Part shown: one piece after another, positions 28,966 to 41,662 of the stretch | Layout of the letters: every line of letters starts with the position of its first letter | Numbering within the stretch: the first letter of the stretch is position 1 | Source: Parasitella parasitica NRRL 2501 | Taxonomy: Eukaryota > Fungi > Mucoromycota | Direction: 5' to 3' | Assembly: GCA_025201805.1 (NCBI GenBank) | Contig: MU619351.1 | Span: 2,942 to 66,941 of the forward strand | Length of the DNA: 64,000 bases | Notes under the pieces: generated by a model | The model's input: only the letters and a program-made list of their open reading frames with translations | Told to the model about the DNA's origin: nothing | The model's database searches: none | Program-made: the position numbers and the translations under genes

Positions 28966-29632
28966 ATGTTTGCCTGTCAACGTATTGTAGTTTCAGCTAT
29001 CTCTAAGCGTCAATTTCACACAGCCCCTGCCATTTTAGCCGAAGGCGAGGGACTTTTTGGCAAATTGAATCCTTGGGCAAAGAAAGTACAACCTCAACTA
29101 GTTACCCCTGCCCAACTTACTTCGGAAGAGCCCAAGGTCACTTTTAACGTTAAATACGAAGAAGAAGATGATATTGTTTCGTAAAGTACCAAATGGAAAC
29201 CATTTATTCATTCAATTAATATAATTACTTTTCTTTTTTCAGTTGGAAAAGAAATGACATCTTGACTGATACAGCAGAATTAGAATCAACGGTCAAATCT
29301 GTCATTCTTCAATATGTGCAAGGAGCAAACGAAACCAACTGGGATAATTTACCTGTAACTGACGATAATACTAAATTCCAAGTAAGTTACTACATACAAC
29401 TGTAAATATGGACAAGAGATTTACTCCTCAAACAAAGATTCTGAAGGAAAGTATGAAACAAACTGGCAAAGAAGTCCCCAATTATGAATTGAACGGCTTT
29501 GAAAGTACTAAGGATGTATTGAATTTTTTCAAAAGTGAAAAGGCATTGGCAAAAAAGGTTACTGTGCTAGATTATTTTGAGGAAAATAGACAATCTTTAC
29601 CAAATAACTTGACCCTTGCTCCTGCCAAATAA
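28966..29632 (+). CDS. Probable mitochondrial ribosomal protein mL50, 3 exons
   Basis: Mitochondrial-type presequence (..SKRQFHTAP); W..L.DDNTKFQILKESMKQTGKEVPNYELN..DVLNFF; terminal SLPNNL. Confidence 0.7.
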
Positions 29633-29674
29633 TGGAAAACGAAAAAACATGTACAGAATAAATAAATAGCTATT

Positions 29675-32254
29675 TTAGATGATATGTACTCGTTGGCCAA
29701 TATCATTTAACAATTTTTGATGCATACTCCATAATCTATTGGGTGGAATAATTGAGAAGTAGATAGCCAGCAGCTCTTGATGTTTGATTTTTTGATATAG
29801 AAAGTAGTATTCATGATCGTTGGACTCCTGCAATGCTTGAGATTTGTGCGGATCTTGACGATAACATAATCCTAAATGAATCATCTCATTACACTACGTG
29901 TATCAATGATATATCAGTTTTTCAAAGAGCATGTCATTACAATTATGATGATTTACCAATTTCTTCAATGTGGGTTCATTGGGCCAAACCCATTTGCATC
30001 TATCCGCGATGGAAGCGTTGTATTTTTCGTATACTTCATGCAACAATTCATGATTTTTATCCAAATCATTCAAGTCTACCAGGCGTGGCGCTGTCATGAT
30101 GCCTTTATCAAAATGTACAAAATGTACTAGGCCTGGATAAGTCACTGCAAACGATAAATTTGTAAAATGGGTAACTTCTTTTGTTAGGAGAAAGGTAGTA
30201 AAGTCGGATAAACATGATCTGAGGGTTGTTTTAAATCGTTTGACTTGTAATGATGTAGGTCTCCAATTCGATCTTGTAATTGCCTGTGGTAATCTGGAAT
30301 TACTGGTATTCATCTATATCATACGATTAGAATGCAATGATACCGCAGTGTGATAGACTGTTTGCTATTACCTTGTCAGGATCATCTTTGCATACAACAA
30401 TAGCACATAATCCATCACTAATTGATACAAGAAGAAAGTTGGCCAAATAAATATGACCATCCAATTTTACCCAACGTCGCACCAGCTTGACATCTTCTGT
30501 TTGATCCAAATAATTTGTTTCACCGTTAATAAGATTTGTAAGTAGATGCTTTAGTGAAAAATCTTCGCCTCCAGTTGTTGATATACTTTGTGATCTGGAT
30601 CGATGCGTAGGAGAAGAAGGTGCAGAAGAAACTCCTTGGAACGAATCCATGGGATGACTATAGGTTGTGGCTATCGTATTTGATGTGGCTGTGGTTGATT
30701 CGGAAGGCACGCTGCTCGATAAAAATGACAAGTTATTGTTATTTTCATCCCCGTTCAAAATATCCGCAATCATGGATTGCTGCAGTTGGTGATTGTGATG
30801 TTGTGGTTGCAATACATTTGCGGGTGTACGATCGATTTCCATAGCCTTCATCGGTGCGACCAAATGATGAGCTTGTAAGCTACTGTTGGATAAGGGATTG
30901 CTCCAGTATGAGACAGAAGAATCTGAAGACACAACCGTTACTGAAGACGTCGACTTTTCCCTTATTTTAAATGGAGCTGAACTCGAGGTTGCGACGTACA
31001 CATATGCAAGCGAGGATGGTTGACTGGAGCTATTGGTTGTGTTACTAGTAGACGTTTCTGATTTTAATGATGAAGATGAAGCTGCTGTAGTACTGTTTAA
31101 GATTTTGTTGGGGTTATTGTTTGTTGTGATTGTGTTAAAATCTGTTACGACTGTGGCGTCAGCAGTGGATGAACTGTAGGGAAAAAATAAGGTAAATGAG
31201 AAATAGACAGAGGCAGAGAATGATATCTTACTTTGATATGTTTTGAGGTGATGTGGTTGTTTTTATATTCTCGAGGTAATAATGCCCTATCGAAAAATAG
31301 CAAAAAAGTAAATTATCTACCACCTGGCCCGTATTATATCACAAAATGTACCTGACTCATGCTTTTCCTGCATAAATTGTGATACTAGAAGTTTTAAAAA
31401 ATAAACAAACTCATCAGGTAAATCATTGTTATCTGTATTGCCCTTATTGTGACACTGTGTTACAAGTTTTTCTCTCACAAACAAAAAACAATAGTTCCAT
31501 GTTAAAGTTGACAAAGTACTGCTGTCTTGAGAATGATGGTGATGGTGATGATGGTCGAATATATTTGTTGCTCTTGAAGAAGCGGATGAGAAAAAAGAGT
31601 TCCGATGATGGTTACCGTGATGATGCTGATTGGTGAATTGGTGAACAAAAGCAGTGTTACAGCATTGAGTCATATTTTCCATTAGCCGGAGCCGTAGATC
31701 ATCACTCACTTGTACCTGTTCACTTAGGCACAGACTATCACAAGATTTTATTGATAGTTTGCCGCAAAGAAAGGGTAACTGAGATAAACAGGCATTGAGA
31801 TCAGACGGTGATAGTAATTTGATATTACTGTTTCTATTATTATTGCTGCCGCCCTGAAGGTGGAGAGACCAGTGAGGCCCATAGTGAAATTTGATAAAGC
31901 TATGCATTACTTTTAAGTGTAGTTGCAATAATGAAATTGGTATATTTTGTCTCATTGTGCATGCTATGTATAAAAGGTTCTGTTGCTACATATCAGAGTT
32001 GTTTGTTTGTTAGTACTTGAGCACGACAAGAGTATGGATAGACTAACCTCTTTAAAAGCGGCAGTTTTATTTCCTACTTTGACGTACTGGATAACATCGC
32101 TAAGATTAGCCTTAATAAGGTCGTTGATAACAAGCAAAGGCAAATATCGTATTCTTTGGCTTTCGTTGGTAGTTGTGTTGTTGGCAAGCTTTTTTGTATT
32201 TGTTGACTGATAAACAACTGTGCCTAACTTATTTATAATAAAATATGTTATCAT
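29675..32254 (-). CDS. HPS1: HPS1-like (Hermansky-Pudlak 1 / BLOC-3 subunit) tri-longin protein, 6 exons
   Basis: N-terminal longin-like start MITYFIINKLGTVVYQ. C-terminal LSDFTTFLLTK..YPGLVHFVHFDKGIMTAPRL and QELLAIYFSIIP match HPS1 blocks as I recall them. Confidence 0.72.
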
Positions 32255-33490
32255 ACTTGGTTTACTCTGTTTATATATATAAAAATGAAAAAGGGAAAAA
32301 AAAGTGTATTAGTTGTTTAAAAGAAAACGTTTAAAAAGATTAGCTTGTGCGACACATTTTAATCTTGAGCCAGTAAACTTCACCCCCTTTCTTTATCGTA
32401 TAACGTTTTATCGAATTAGTCTGATGGACATTGTGTTTTTTAGTGTTGTTTTATTGGAATAAATGTCCTGCTGTTACATTACAAATATTCTAAATTGCTA
32501 CGTTCCTTCCTTTTTACTACTACAAAAAGTTTACATTTTGATATTGTCTTTTCATATCCTTAATCTAATTGCCTTCACAACAATATCCATCGATACAGGA
32601 AATATAAATGATTCTGCGTTAACATGTGTAAAGTCTAATAATATCATCCGCATTCATTATATTATAAAAAATATATCCATAAAGTTGGTTATTTCTTTAC
32701 GGTTGTGCCAAAAAGATCTTTGAGCGTGAGTTTGCAATCACCAGGGTATTCTGAAATCCCAACAATTAAGTTGGCACATATATAGCACAGGGAGCCTACT
32801 TATCATAACCGCAACTACGTTGGGCGATTTAAGGAATATAGTTACCATTGCTTTAATCCAGAGGTTTGTCAAAAATTATGATATACAACTTCTTTTATTG
32901 TGCCAAACGAATACAATGTATACATGTATTGATAAGATCCAAGGGGGGAAGACAAGAGAAACTTCAATGTTTCATAGTTTTATTACAATATATTTTTCGT
33001 TTGTTTGGAGATCGTCAATAATAATAAATAATGAAATTATTGACTATGATATGTTTGAATTAGGGGGGAGTAGATTTATACGTAGTTCTCGTTGCGTATA
33101 GATTTAATGGCCTTTCAGCTTTCCAACCAAAGGTTAGCCTACATATTCTTGTACTATTGAACTTTGCTTACATAAAACGTGTAGGCTTGCTCATTGTTGC
33201 TCTTGAGAGCTCAGGGCAGCACGGTGAAAAGTCTTATAAACAGGAGTAAACATATCAAAGTCTCAGATCCCTTGCCTGTGCGTTTTATAAAAAAGGATAT
33301 TATATATATGTATATTTAGATTTAGATTTAAGAAAATAAGGATAATATAGTGTGGTATAGATTGTAATATTTTTTGGAGATCAAGTTGTAGATTACGTTT
33401 TTTTGCAGAAGCTTAAGCAAACGGTGGGCCATAGTTGCTATGATATAATATTCGTGTTTAGTGGCAGTTGAAGGCTTGTTTTGCCAATTC

Positions 33491-35133
33491 TCACCTCGAA
33501 TTTGCCCTCTCTCGTTTAATCATATCAATCTCTCTTCTCAATCCAGAAATTTCAACTTCCATGTCGTAATCACGACGTTTCAACAATGATATGTATTCTA
33601 CGGCTGAGTATAATGCAATGATTAAAAATTAATCAAAACGCGCGAATTGAGATATACTACCTTTACTTAGGATCTCCCATTTGCTTGTCTTCATATTTTT
33701 CTCTACAGGCAATGAATCGCGAAGTTCATCAAACAAATCTTTCATTTCCTTTCTTCTTTTGCGTTCGGCTAATTTATGGCTAATGCGCAGTTCTGGAGAG
33801 CGGGAATAAGGAGTTTCTTTGCGTTTTTCCTCCTCCATCATGCTGTCGCTCATAGATCCATGTCTGTTGGTACATGGCTCGCTGATTTCTCCACTCCTCA
33901 ATTCATGGAGCCTGCTTTGCTGCTGTTGCTGCTGAGATAAAGGTGGAGGAGGAGGAATGTTGGATCTGTCATATTGATTGCGATGCAACGATGGTACCAC
34001 TGGCATAGACGCTCTCCTGACGAGCAGGTGTTCAGCACTTGGACCGTCATTTAAGTCGTCCAGAATAGAAGGTCTACGGCGAGAAGGTAACATGGGCCCA
34101 CCTCCGCTGCCATTAGGAGTATAAGACAGGCGACTAATACTATTTTTTCTACTTGTAGAGCCGTTGTATTTTGAGTCTTTATTTTCATGCATTAGCTCCT
34201 GATGACCCACGTTGCCTAATGCTGATTGCGGCGGGCTAGGAGGTGCAGAAAAGGTCCTATAATTAGGCGATTCCTGAATAGTTGCAGGAAACTTGAAGGC
34301 TGCTTCGAGTGTTATTTAATGAAATAACGCAACTTTTCTTTTTTTCTTACCTCTGTATTTGGTGGATGAAGGGGCGCTATTTCTATTGCCATGGTTGTAG
34401 GTTGGCTCAGCGGTAGCAATGGAGTGTCTTCTTTGGTAAGGGTCATAAGCACTAGTTGTGTTAATGCTTGAAGGGTGGTGATGAAGAGGCAGATAGTTAT
34501 TTGGTAAGGAATCACGTCTGCCGTTGTTTAATGCATAAGGATGAGGTGCAGCTGCGTCGTTCTCGTGGTATCTTTTCGATGAGGAAAAAGGCGAAGGAGA
34601 TGAAGATCGTGACGAGTAGTCATAATCAGTAGTTGCAATTGACCCTCTTCTGCTCACGACCGTTGATGTTGGTAAAGGCAAGTTGCTCATATCAGTAATT
34701 GATGGTCTGCGAAAGCTATGGTTATGGAATGCGGCTGGGTCAGTCACTGAGCCCCTTCGAGAGTAAGATAACGGTTCGTAATATGATTGCTGAGAACTGG
34801 GCTCTAGGGGTGATAGTGTCTTTGTAGGTGTTGTGGCTGGCTCATACTGGCGCTGTGATGGATGCTGGGATACAGACATGTCAGACATGCGATGTCTAAT
34901 GTAATCGTCCGTTTGAGACGAAATGGCTTGCATAGAAGGCAAAAATGGCTTTGTATCTAAGATGTGCATGTGAGTATATGGTAGTTTTTGTGTAGTGCAC
35001 TATTATTACCTTCCATGAACGGCTCGTCAATCATCATGTCGTCTTCTTTTTCTTCAGAAGATGATGATGTCCTTAGTAAATCTCTTGCAGGTGGCAATGC
35101 GAAGTTGCTTTCTTCTGCTTTGACTATATCCAT
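33491..35133 (-). CDS. bHLH transcription factor with repeated RRxS (PKA-type) sites, 4 exons
   Basis: [54 protein letters not shown]. Confidence 0.9.
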
Positions 35134-36206
35134 GGTAACTGATTTAACGTTTAATTTAAGGAACCAGATAAAATTTAAAGAGAAGTACACAAAGAAAGAC
35201 AAAAGAAAATGAGAAAAAAGAAACAGAAAGAAAGAGGAAGAAAAGAAGAAATGAGACCAAATAGATTCAAAACGTTTATGCTACCGAGATCCACAAAGAC
35301 ATTGTAGATACAAACACAGTGGATGGAGAGTATGGAAGAGGAGTGCCCACAGTCACGAAGCAAAGGTGCAAATCATGGCAAATTACAATGGTGCAGAGCG
35401 CTAAACATGGATATTTTTGCTCCTTATTGATCCCTGTATTTCACTCGAGAAAATAAGAGAAAAAACCTGCTATGTATTTTACTCTATTTTTCCCCTTTCT
35501 TGTTTGATGGCTCCTATAATTCCTCCTCGATGGTTTGCTGGCTTGTTTACAATGTGCTGTAAACAGTTCCAATACTGAATTTGCTCTGCTGGAATACAGC
35601 GTTGTTATCTCGCAAGATCAAATTGTGTTTTTTTTTTGGGAAGGAACTGAAATTTTGGATACAGTTCAGAGGTATACAACTGAAAATCACCCGATTGAGA
35701 TCGTTGGGTATTCCCCTGCCGTAAAAATATGCCTGAATAGTATGTACAATGTATGTAGGCATAATTCATGCAAATGTCCAGCATGAAAAAAAAAAAGACA
35801 TAAAAAAAAGGTCTTTGGGTTGAACTATCTGTGTTTTTTACTTCGAATCAGTCATCAGTTTTTTTTTGTAGATTATATCAAGACTGGTTTCGGATTACAT
35901 AATAGCGCTTCTTTTGTATACGAAATCTTCCTGGTGGTAATAGGTATTTCACCTATGTCTATATATACAAAGATCAGCAGTTTAAAATTCTGCTGCAAAT
36001 TTTCCGCATTACAGGATCCATTGCAAATGTAAGGTGCGAATCTATATTAAACTGTCATGAGAAGACATCTCGCAGTTCATACAAACTACAGTTTGCTTTA
36101 TGTTCGTGTTCATTGCTTATGAGAAAAAGGGCCATGATCATGTGATTAATTTACTGGAGGTAGATTGCCACATTCAATGATTTTGTCTCAAAGGTTGCTG
36201 CTGCTG

Positions 36207-36281
<75 letters not shown>
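36207..36281. repeat. Poly(A) tract
   Basis: Near-pure A run with one G. Confidence 0.9.
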
Positions 36282-36282
<1 letters not shown>

Positions 36283-36474
36283 AGGAAGAAACAAATAGGG
36301 CTCATGATGTCGCTGGTTTTGTTTAAGATTTGCCCTCCTTCCATTTTCAATTGTGCACATCTCTATTATTATATCCCAATAAGGAGACATCACGAAAGGA
36401 GAAACATGCTTGTCAACACCAAGCAATAATCTCCCTTTTTTACTTTTGCTTTATGAGAGGTTTATTTTCCTAAT

Positions 36475-39044
36475 CTACCACAACTCACATTTTGCAACAG
36501 GGTTCATTGGACTTCCAGATGGACATTTAAAGACATCTGCAAAATACTTTGAATTCTGAACTGCGCCGTTGACACGCCACTTGGCAGGAGAATGCTCATC
36601 GGTAAGAACCTATGTAAAACGATTAGATCAAGTGTGGATCATCAGCAAGCAAAACTTACGCCCTTTTTGGCTTGAGCGGGTGTCACTTTATTGCACCAAA
36701 TACGACCAAAGTTTACAAAGAAGAGCTGCTCAGGAGATAAGCCGTCTAAACCAGGTAAACGCACATTGTTATAGCGCTTGCTCTCCTTATCGCTGTCATA
36801 TCTTTGCTTCCAAGCAATGAAGGATTCTCCCAAACCACCGTTGTCTGCCAAGTTTTCCCCCAAAGTAAATTTACCGTTTACGTGGATAGCTTCTCCATGG
36901 TCATCAATCATGGTAAAGTTGCTATACTGCTTAACGAAACAATCTGCTTTTTTATCGAATTGAGCAGAAGTTTCGTTGGTCCACCATTGAACAAGACGGC
37001 CTTCTGCATCGAAATGTCTACCCATATTGTCAAAGCCATGAGTCAACTCATGGCCAACGACCACGCCAATGCCACCATAGTTCAAGTAATCAGGGTAATC
37101 GCTTGCAAAGAAAGGTGCTTGAAGTATGCCTGCTGGAAACACGATTTCATTAAACGATGGGTTGTAGTAAGCGTTGACTTCTTGAGGGTTCATTAGCCAT
37201 TTCGATCTGTCGGGCGTCTTTCCAACCTGACGCCATTCATCCAAGATAGCAAATTTGCGGGCATTGACATAATTGCCAAAATAATCATCACCGGCCAAGC
37301 TCAGTTCTCCATAATAGCCAGATAAAGAGACAGGTGACATAATGTCAGGAGAAGCATCAGGATATCCCACTTTACGGATCAACTTATCAACCTTCTCAAC
37401 TGCTTTTTCGCGTGTTGCATTATCGATCCATTCCAATCCAGGCAAACGCTTCAAAAAAACTTCTTTAATGCTGTTGACAAAATCATCAGCGCGTTCTTTC
37501 GCATCACCGCCAAACTTATCAAGAACATAGTACCGTCCAGCCAAGAAGCCAACAGCTCCATTAACTTCATCCAAACAAGTATCCCAGCGAGGCTTGATAG
37601 ATTTGGGGTTTGTACCAATTAATTTGGCTGTCAAGCGGCGAATAGGTGCACGGATATCGTCACTAAGAGCATCGGCATAAGCGAAAATAGCCTTCCAGAT
37701 GAAATATGCTTGCAGTGTGGGAGCAGTCTCTTTTTCAAGCAATTGCGAATGTACGTTGCCAATATACGTAGGCGAAGTTACTACAATTTTACCCGGATGA
37801 GGAGCGTTCGGGGGCAACAAATGGTTAATATAGAGCCCCCAATCAACATTAGAATTGATCTTGGCTAATTCTGAAAGAGACATGGGGTTGTAAGTGGCTT
37901 CAGGATCTTGGAACTCTTCAGGTAATTGACTGATGTTGGCCAGTTTCTTTTCAAAATCAACAATTGAGCGAGCTGTAGTATTGGCATCGTATTCAGCAAA
38001 GAGTTCAGAAGCAAGGTTGGATTTGCTGATTACTGTCAAAGTGCCAGCGATAGTTTCGTAAAGTGTTTCAACAGTTTCGTCCTGAGTGTAATATACTTTG
38101 TTGGGTAGAGTCAGGCCTGATTGATAAAGCTGCAAAGAATTGACACTGGGATCCTTGGGGTCGGCATCCACAATGATTTCAAATAATGCCCCGATACCCC
38201 TCTTTGCCAAGAATGATAGAGTTTGAGTTAAACGACGAGAATCGGAAGAACCCTTTGATGCAGGGAACATGTCACGAATTTCTTTCAATAAAGGATAGAT
38301 GGGTTCTGAGCCACGGTCGTCAATCAAAGCTTCGTTCATGCAAGAATCATACAGAGACTTTACTTTCCCAAAGTTTTGCTTGTCAATCAACTTTTCAGGA
38401 TCAGGTAATTGAGTACTGAGCGATGCGTGTGTACGATCATAGAAATCATCAAACGAGCCAGAAAAAATATTGCGAAGAGCTTCCTTGTTTTGATTCACAA
38501 GAGACACAAAGGAGTTTATGGAGGACTTGCCGTCTGGTATTTCATGATTCTTCTCCCAATTGCTGCATGTGTATTGATAGAAATCGTTACAAGGATCGAC
38601 AGTCAAGTCAATATCCTATTTTCTCTATAAATTAGTACAAGCTTTACCTCTTTAATTTGAGTCCTTTACCTTTAGAATTTGAGCTGCTGTCAAGACACAT
38701 TCAGGCGTAATGCATATAGGCTACAAAAAAATATTCATCAGCATGAGCAAGCCTGTAGACATAATTCATCTTACTGTCGTGTTGTTGCTTCCAGGTGGTG
38801 TAGGCAAAATTGGTGGAGGGTTATTAGGCTTTTCTTCATACACACGTCTTGTGTAAAGACCAGCTACTATGCATAGTGATATGAAAAAGGCGAAAGCCAA
38901 AGTAAACAGCACCTTTTCTAAAAGCGTAAACTTTCCGCTTTGAAAGCGATTACTTTGGGATGAAGGAGGAATACTGCCTTGGTTTCTTTCACCATCAAAA
39001 CCATCTGCCTCTTCTGGTAAAAGTGGTTCTCTTTCTGTACTCAT
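36475..39044 (-). CDS. M13 zinc metallopeptidase (neprilysin/endothelin-converting enzyme-like), type II membrane protein, 4 exons
   Basis: N-terminal EREPLL plus a TM segment; [11 protein letters not shown]; VNAYY; GHELTHGFD (HExxH); GENLADNGG; [10 protein letters not shown]; ends CELW*. Confidence 0.95.
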
Positions 39045-39589
39045 ACAAAAAAAAAGAGGGAGAGAAAGTATATGTTTGCGTGTGAGAAGAAAGGAGTTCA
39101 TTAAATGATGACATTCATTATTTGTTCTCAGTTCCATCCATCTTGCATTCCTTGGTCTTGTTTTATCATGATTTAAAGCTCTGTAATTCTTCATAAATCC
39201 TATTGACATTGGCCATTATTGCACTGTTCATTAGTGCGCATGTCTTTAGGCCCATAGCTTAGATGCTTGGATTATAGTTTTTTAACTCCAACCTGGACAG
39301 TAATAGTGATTCGTCGTTGCCTTTCCTTGGGCGAAGTTGTCACTAGCTGGCAGTTGCTCTATCATAAAGCTTAAAGCTTGGTCGATTCCGTCCTGTAAAC
39401 ATGCATAGAAATTACTTCTCGATGAGACAATTTAATAACATTTAGGAAATATTAAATGCATCGTTAATCATACGCCTTTCAAATTTTACAAGCTTAGCGA
39501 CTCTAACTGGCTTGAAAATATTGGTAAGCAAAGCACCTAATATCAATCACCTTACTTTTCGTTTTTATATCCTTTGATTTTGAATCTGC

Positions 39590-40030
39590 AATTCGGACGC
39601 TGACAGCTTCTAAAGCCCATCTTCACCAGCGACACTTTTGAAACAGTTCAACGTGCTCAAGCAGCACTCAACGGTGGCTTTCATGATGAAGTCAACCAAC
39701 TCTAGGAGGGATTTTAGCGCCTTTTTGTGGCCATCTAGACCAATTGTCCTCAACACCCTCCTCCCGCAACTGCATCTTCCACCGCATTCACTACTAATTT
39801 GCAAAGATTTCCTGCTGGTTCTCGCAATCGTAAACGCAAGGCTGTCTCCCGCGCTTTGCAACCTTTCGACTCAACAAGGACACCCAATTGAGTCATGTAA
39901 TGATTTACACTTCTCCCGTAGCCGCCGACTTTCCCGTACCGAGGTTCGCAGCCTGGGCGTCGAATCTTGGTTGGTACCTTCCCCACTCATAATGTTACTG
40001 CACTCCTCTTACACGGCTCACACAAACTTG
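39590..40030 (+). mobile_element. Degenerate relic resembling ORF1 of Mucorales non-LTR (LINE-like) retrotransposons
   Basis: Locally GC-rich. Across frameshifts and stops it reads RKRKAVSRALQP / LHFSRSRRLSRTEVRSLGVES / FPTHNVTALLLH, like the recalled ORF1 consensus Y.PRSRR....EVR...LG.D..R.LDI.FP...V..LL.H. Confidence 0.5.
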
Positions 40031-41092
40031 ATTGTTATACCAGCAGATAATCAAGACTTGATTTACCAGCTAAGAAACTAATGACGGTCTATTTATATAG
40101 CTGTAGGGTAAATGTATATAAATCAATTCATGAATACTATCAGATCATGTGTGACAATTGGTAATAAAATGAGGTCTTTCTTTCTTTCCCATTTCTATTA
40201 TTACCATACAATCATCTGCTTCGCTTATTTTTAAGTCCTGGCGCAACAATCAGGACGACAATAAGATATTTTACAAGAAACGTATGAGATAACTTGATAT
40301 AAGAAACAACACTTTGACTCCTATATGACGCAAGCCGGGAAAGATAGTAATAACCACCTTTTGATTGAATCTCTTTTATGTGGTCTTCGTAGGAAAGTCA
40401 TGGAACATTTTGTGATAATATTCGATAGCAGAATCACTGCATCCATAGCAATACTTAGGGAGATCTAATCGTTGCTGCGACATCTTACACATTTTCTTCA
40501 GAAATACCGTATAAATAACATTTTACAAAAAAAAAAAGTAATAGAAATTTATTTTGTGCCGTTTTCTAGCCTAAAAATCAATATATGTTGCTGCTAGAGA
40601 CTCACAGAAGTATGTGGACTCTTTGATAGTTGATCTGTAGTTGTTATTGTAAAGGAAGGCTGCAAATTAAGTATCATATGGCAACATCAAACTGGGACAA
40701 ATGTTGAGAAGTAATATTTTCAAGATGTCCAAACAAATAACTTCTTTCTGTCTAATTGTATCTTTATTTCATCTACACAAATCACTCAAACTTTCAATTT
40801 GATTCACCCAAAAAAAGCTCACATCATGTAAATTTGAAGGAGAAATACAGTCCGTACATTTGTATATCCATATCCATTAATTCAAAAATCATATCAGCTA
40901 ATTTAATTTTTAAATGGGCATACGGGTACAGTGTAATTGTGATCAAATATACAACTTATGGCACTGCTTTTTTTCAATTGCATGTTGTGCGATGTTGTCC
41001 AGCGACCAGCTTTGGTCATTTCCCAACTGCATCTTACTGCATTAGTTTTACTAACCGCTATTTTTATATTTTTCTCTAAAGGTACAACTAAA

Positions 41093-41662
41093 ATGAATGT
41101 TGGCGTTATCATTGCAAGTACTCGACCGTCCAGAATAGGACATAAGCTTACCAATTGGGTGCTAAGTGCCATCACAATAAAGCATACTCTAAACCTGGAA
41201 ATCATCGACCTTCAAGAGTGGGATTTACCTCTGTTTAATGAGCCTGAAATCCCTGCAAAAGGCGAACAATACTACAGCAGTGAAAAGACGAGACAGTGGA
41301 GCAAAAAAATTGCTTCCAAAGATGGGTTTGTCTTCGTCACACCCCAGTACAACTGGTCATACCCTGCCGTATTGAAGAATGCTGTTGATTATCTATACAA
41401 TGAATGGAACGATAAGCCTGTCGCCATTGTCAGTTACGCAAATAGAGGAGGAGGAAAAGCAGCCGAGCATTTCAGACAAGTGCTGCATGGCCTAAAGATG
41501 AGGCCTGTAGAGACAATGCCTGCCATTTGCCTTACAAAGGATATGTATACGGAAAATGGCATCTTGAAAGAAGCTGATGAATACACGGATTTTGCTTCAC
41601 AGTATTCTGGTATCATTAATTGCGCTATTAGAGAATTAGAAATTGAGTTAACCAAAAAATAA
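41093..41662 (+). CDS. NADPH-dependent FMN reductase (flavodoxin-like, Lot6/SsuE-type)
   Basis: IIASTRPSRIG, DLPLFNE, DGFVFVTPQYNWSYPAVLKNAVDYL..EW..KP..IVSY..RGG. The conserved region has no intron. Confidence 0.92.
   Translation: MNVGVIIASTRPSRIGHKLTNWVLSAITIKHTLNLEIIDLQEWDLPLFNEPEIPAKGEQYYSSEKTRQWSKKIASKDGFVFVTPQYNWSYPAVLKNAVDYLYNEWNDKPVAIVSYANRGGGKAAEHFRQVLHGLKMRPVETMPAICLTKDMYTENGILKEADEYTDFASQYSGIINCAIRELEIELTKK

Noticed and set aside
33375-33400. GATCAAGTTGTAG resembling the U2 snRNA branch-pairing region
   Set aside because: Flanks do not match U2, and it lies in the bHLH 3' region.
40958-41092. Hydrophobic N-terminal extension of the FMN reductase as a signal peptide
   Set aside because: The region looks like an intron 3' end (branch point, pyrimidine tract, AG); homology begins at MNVGVII.
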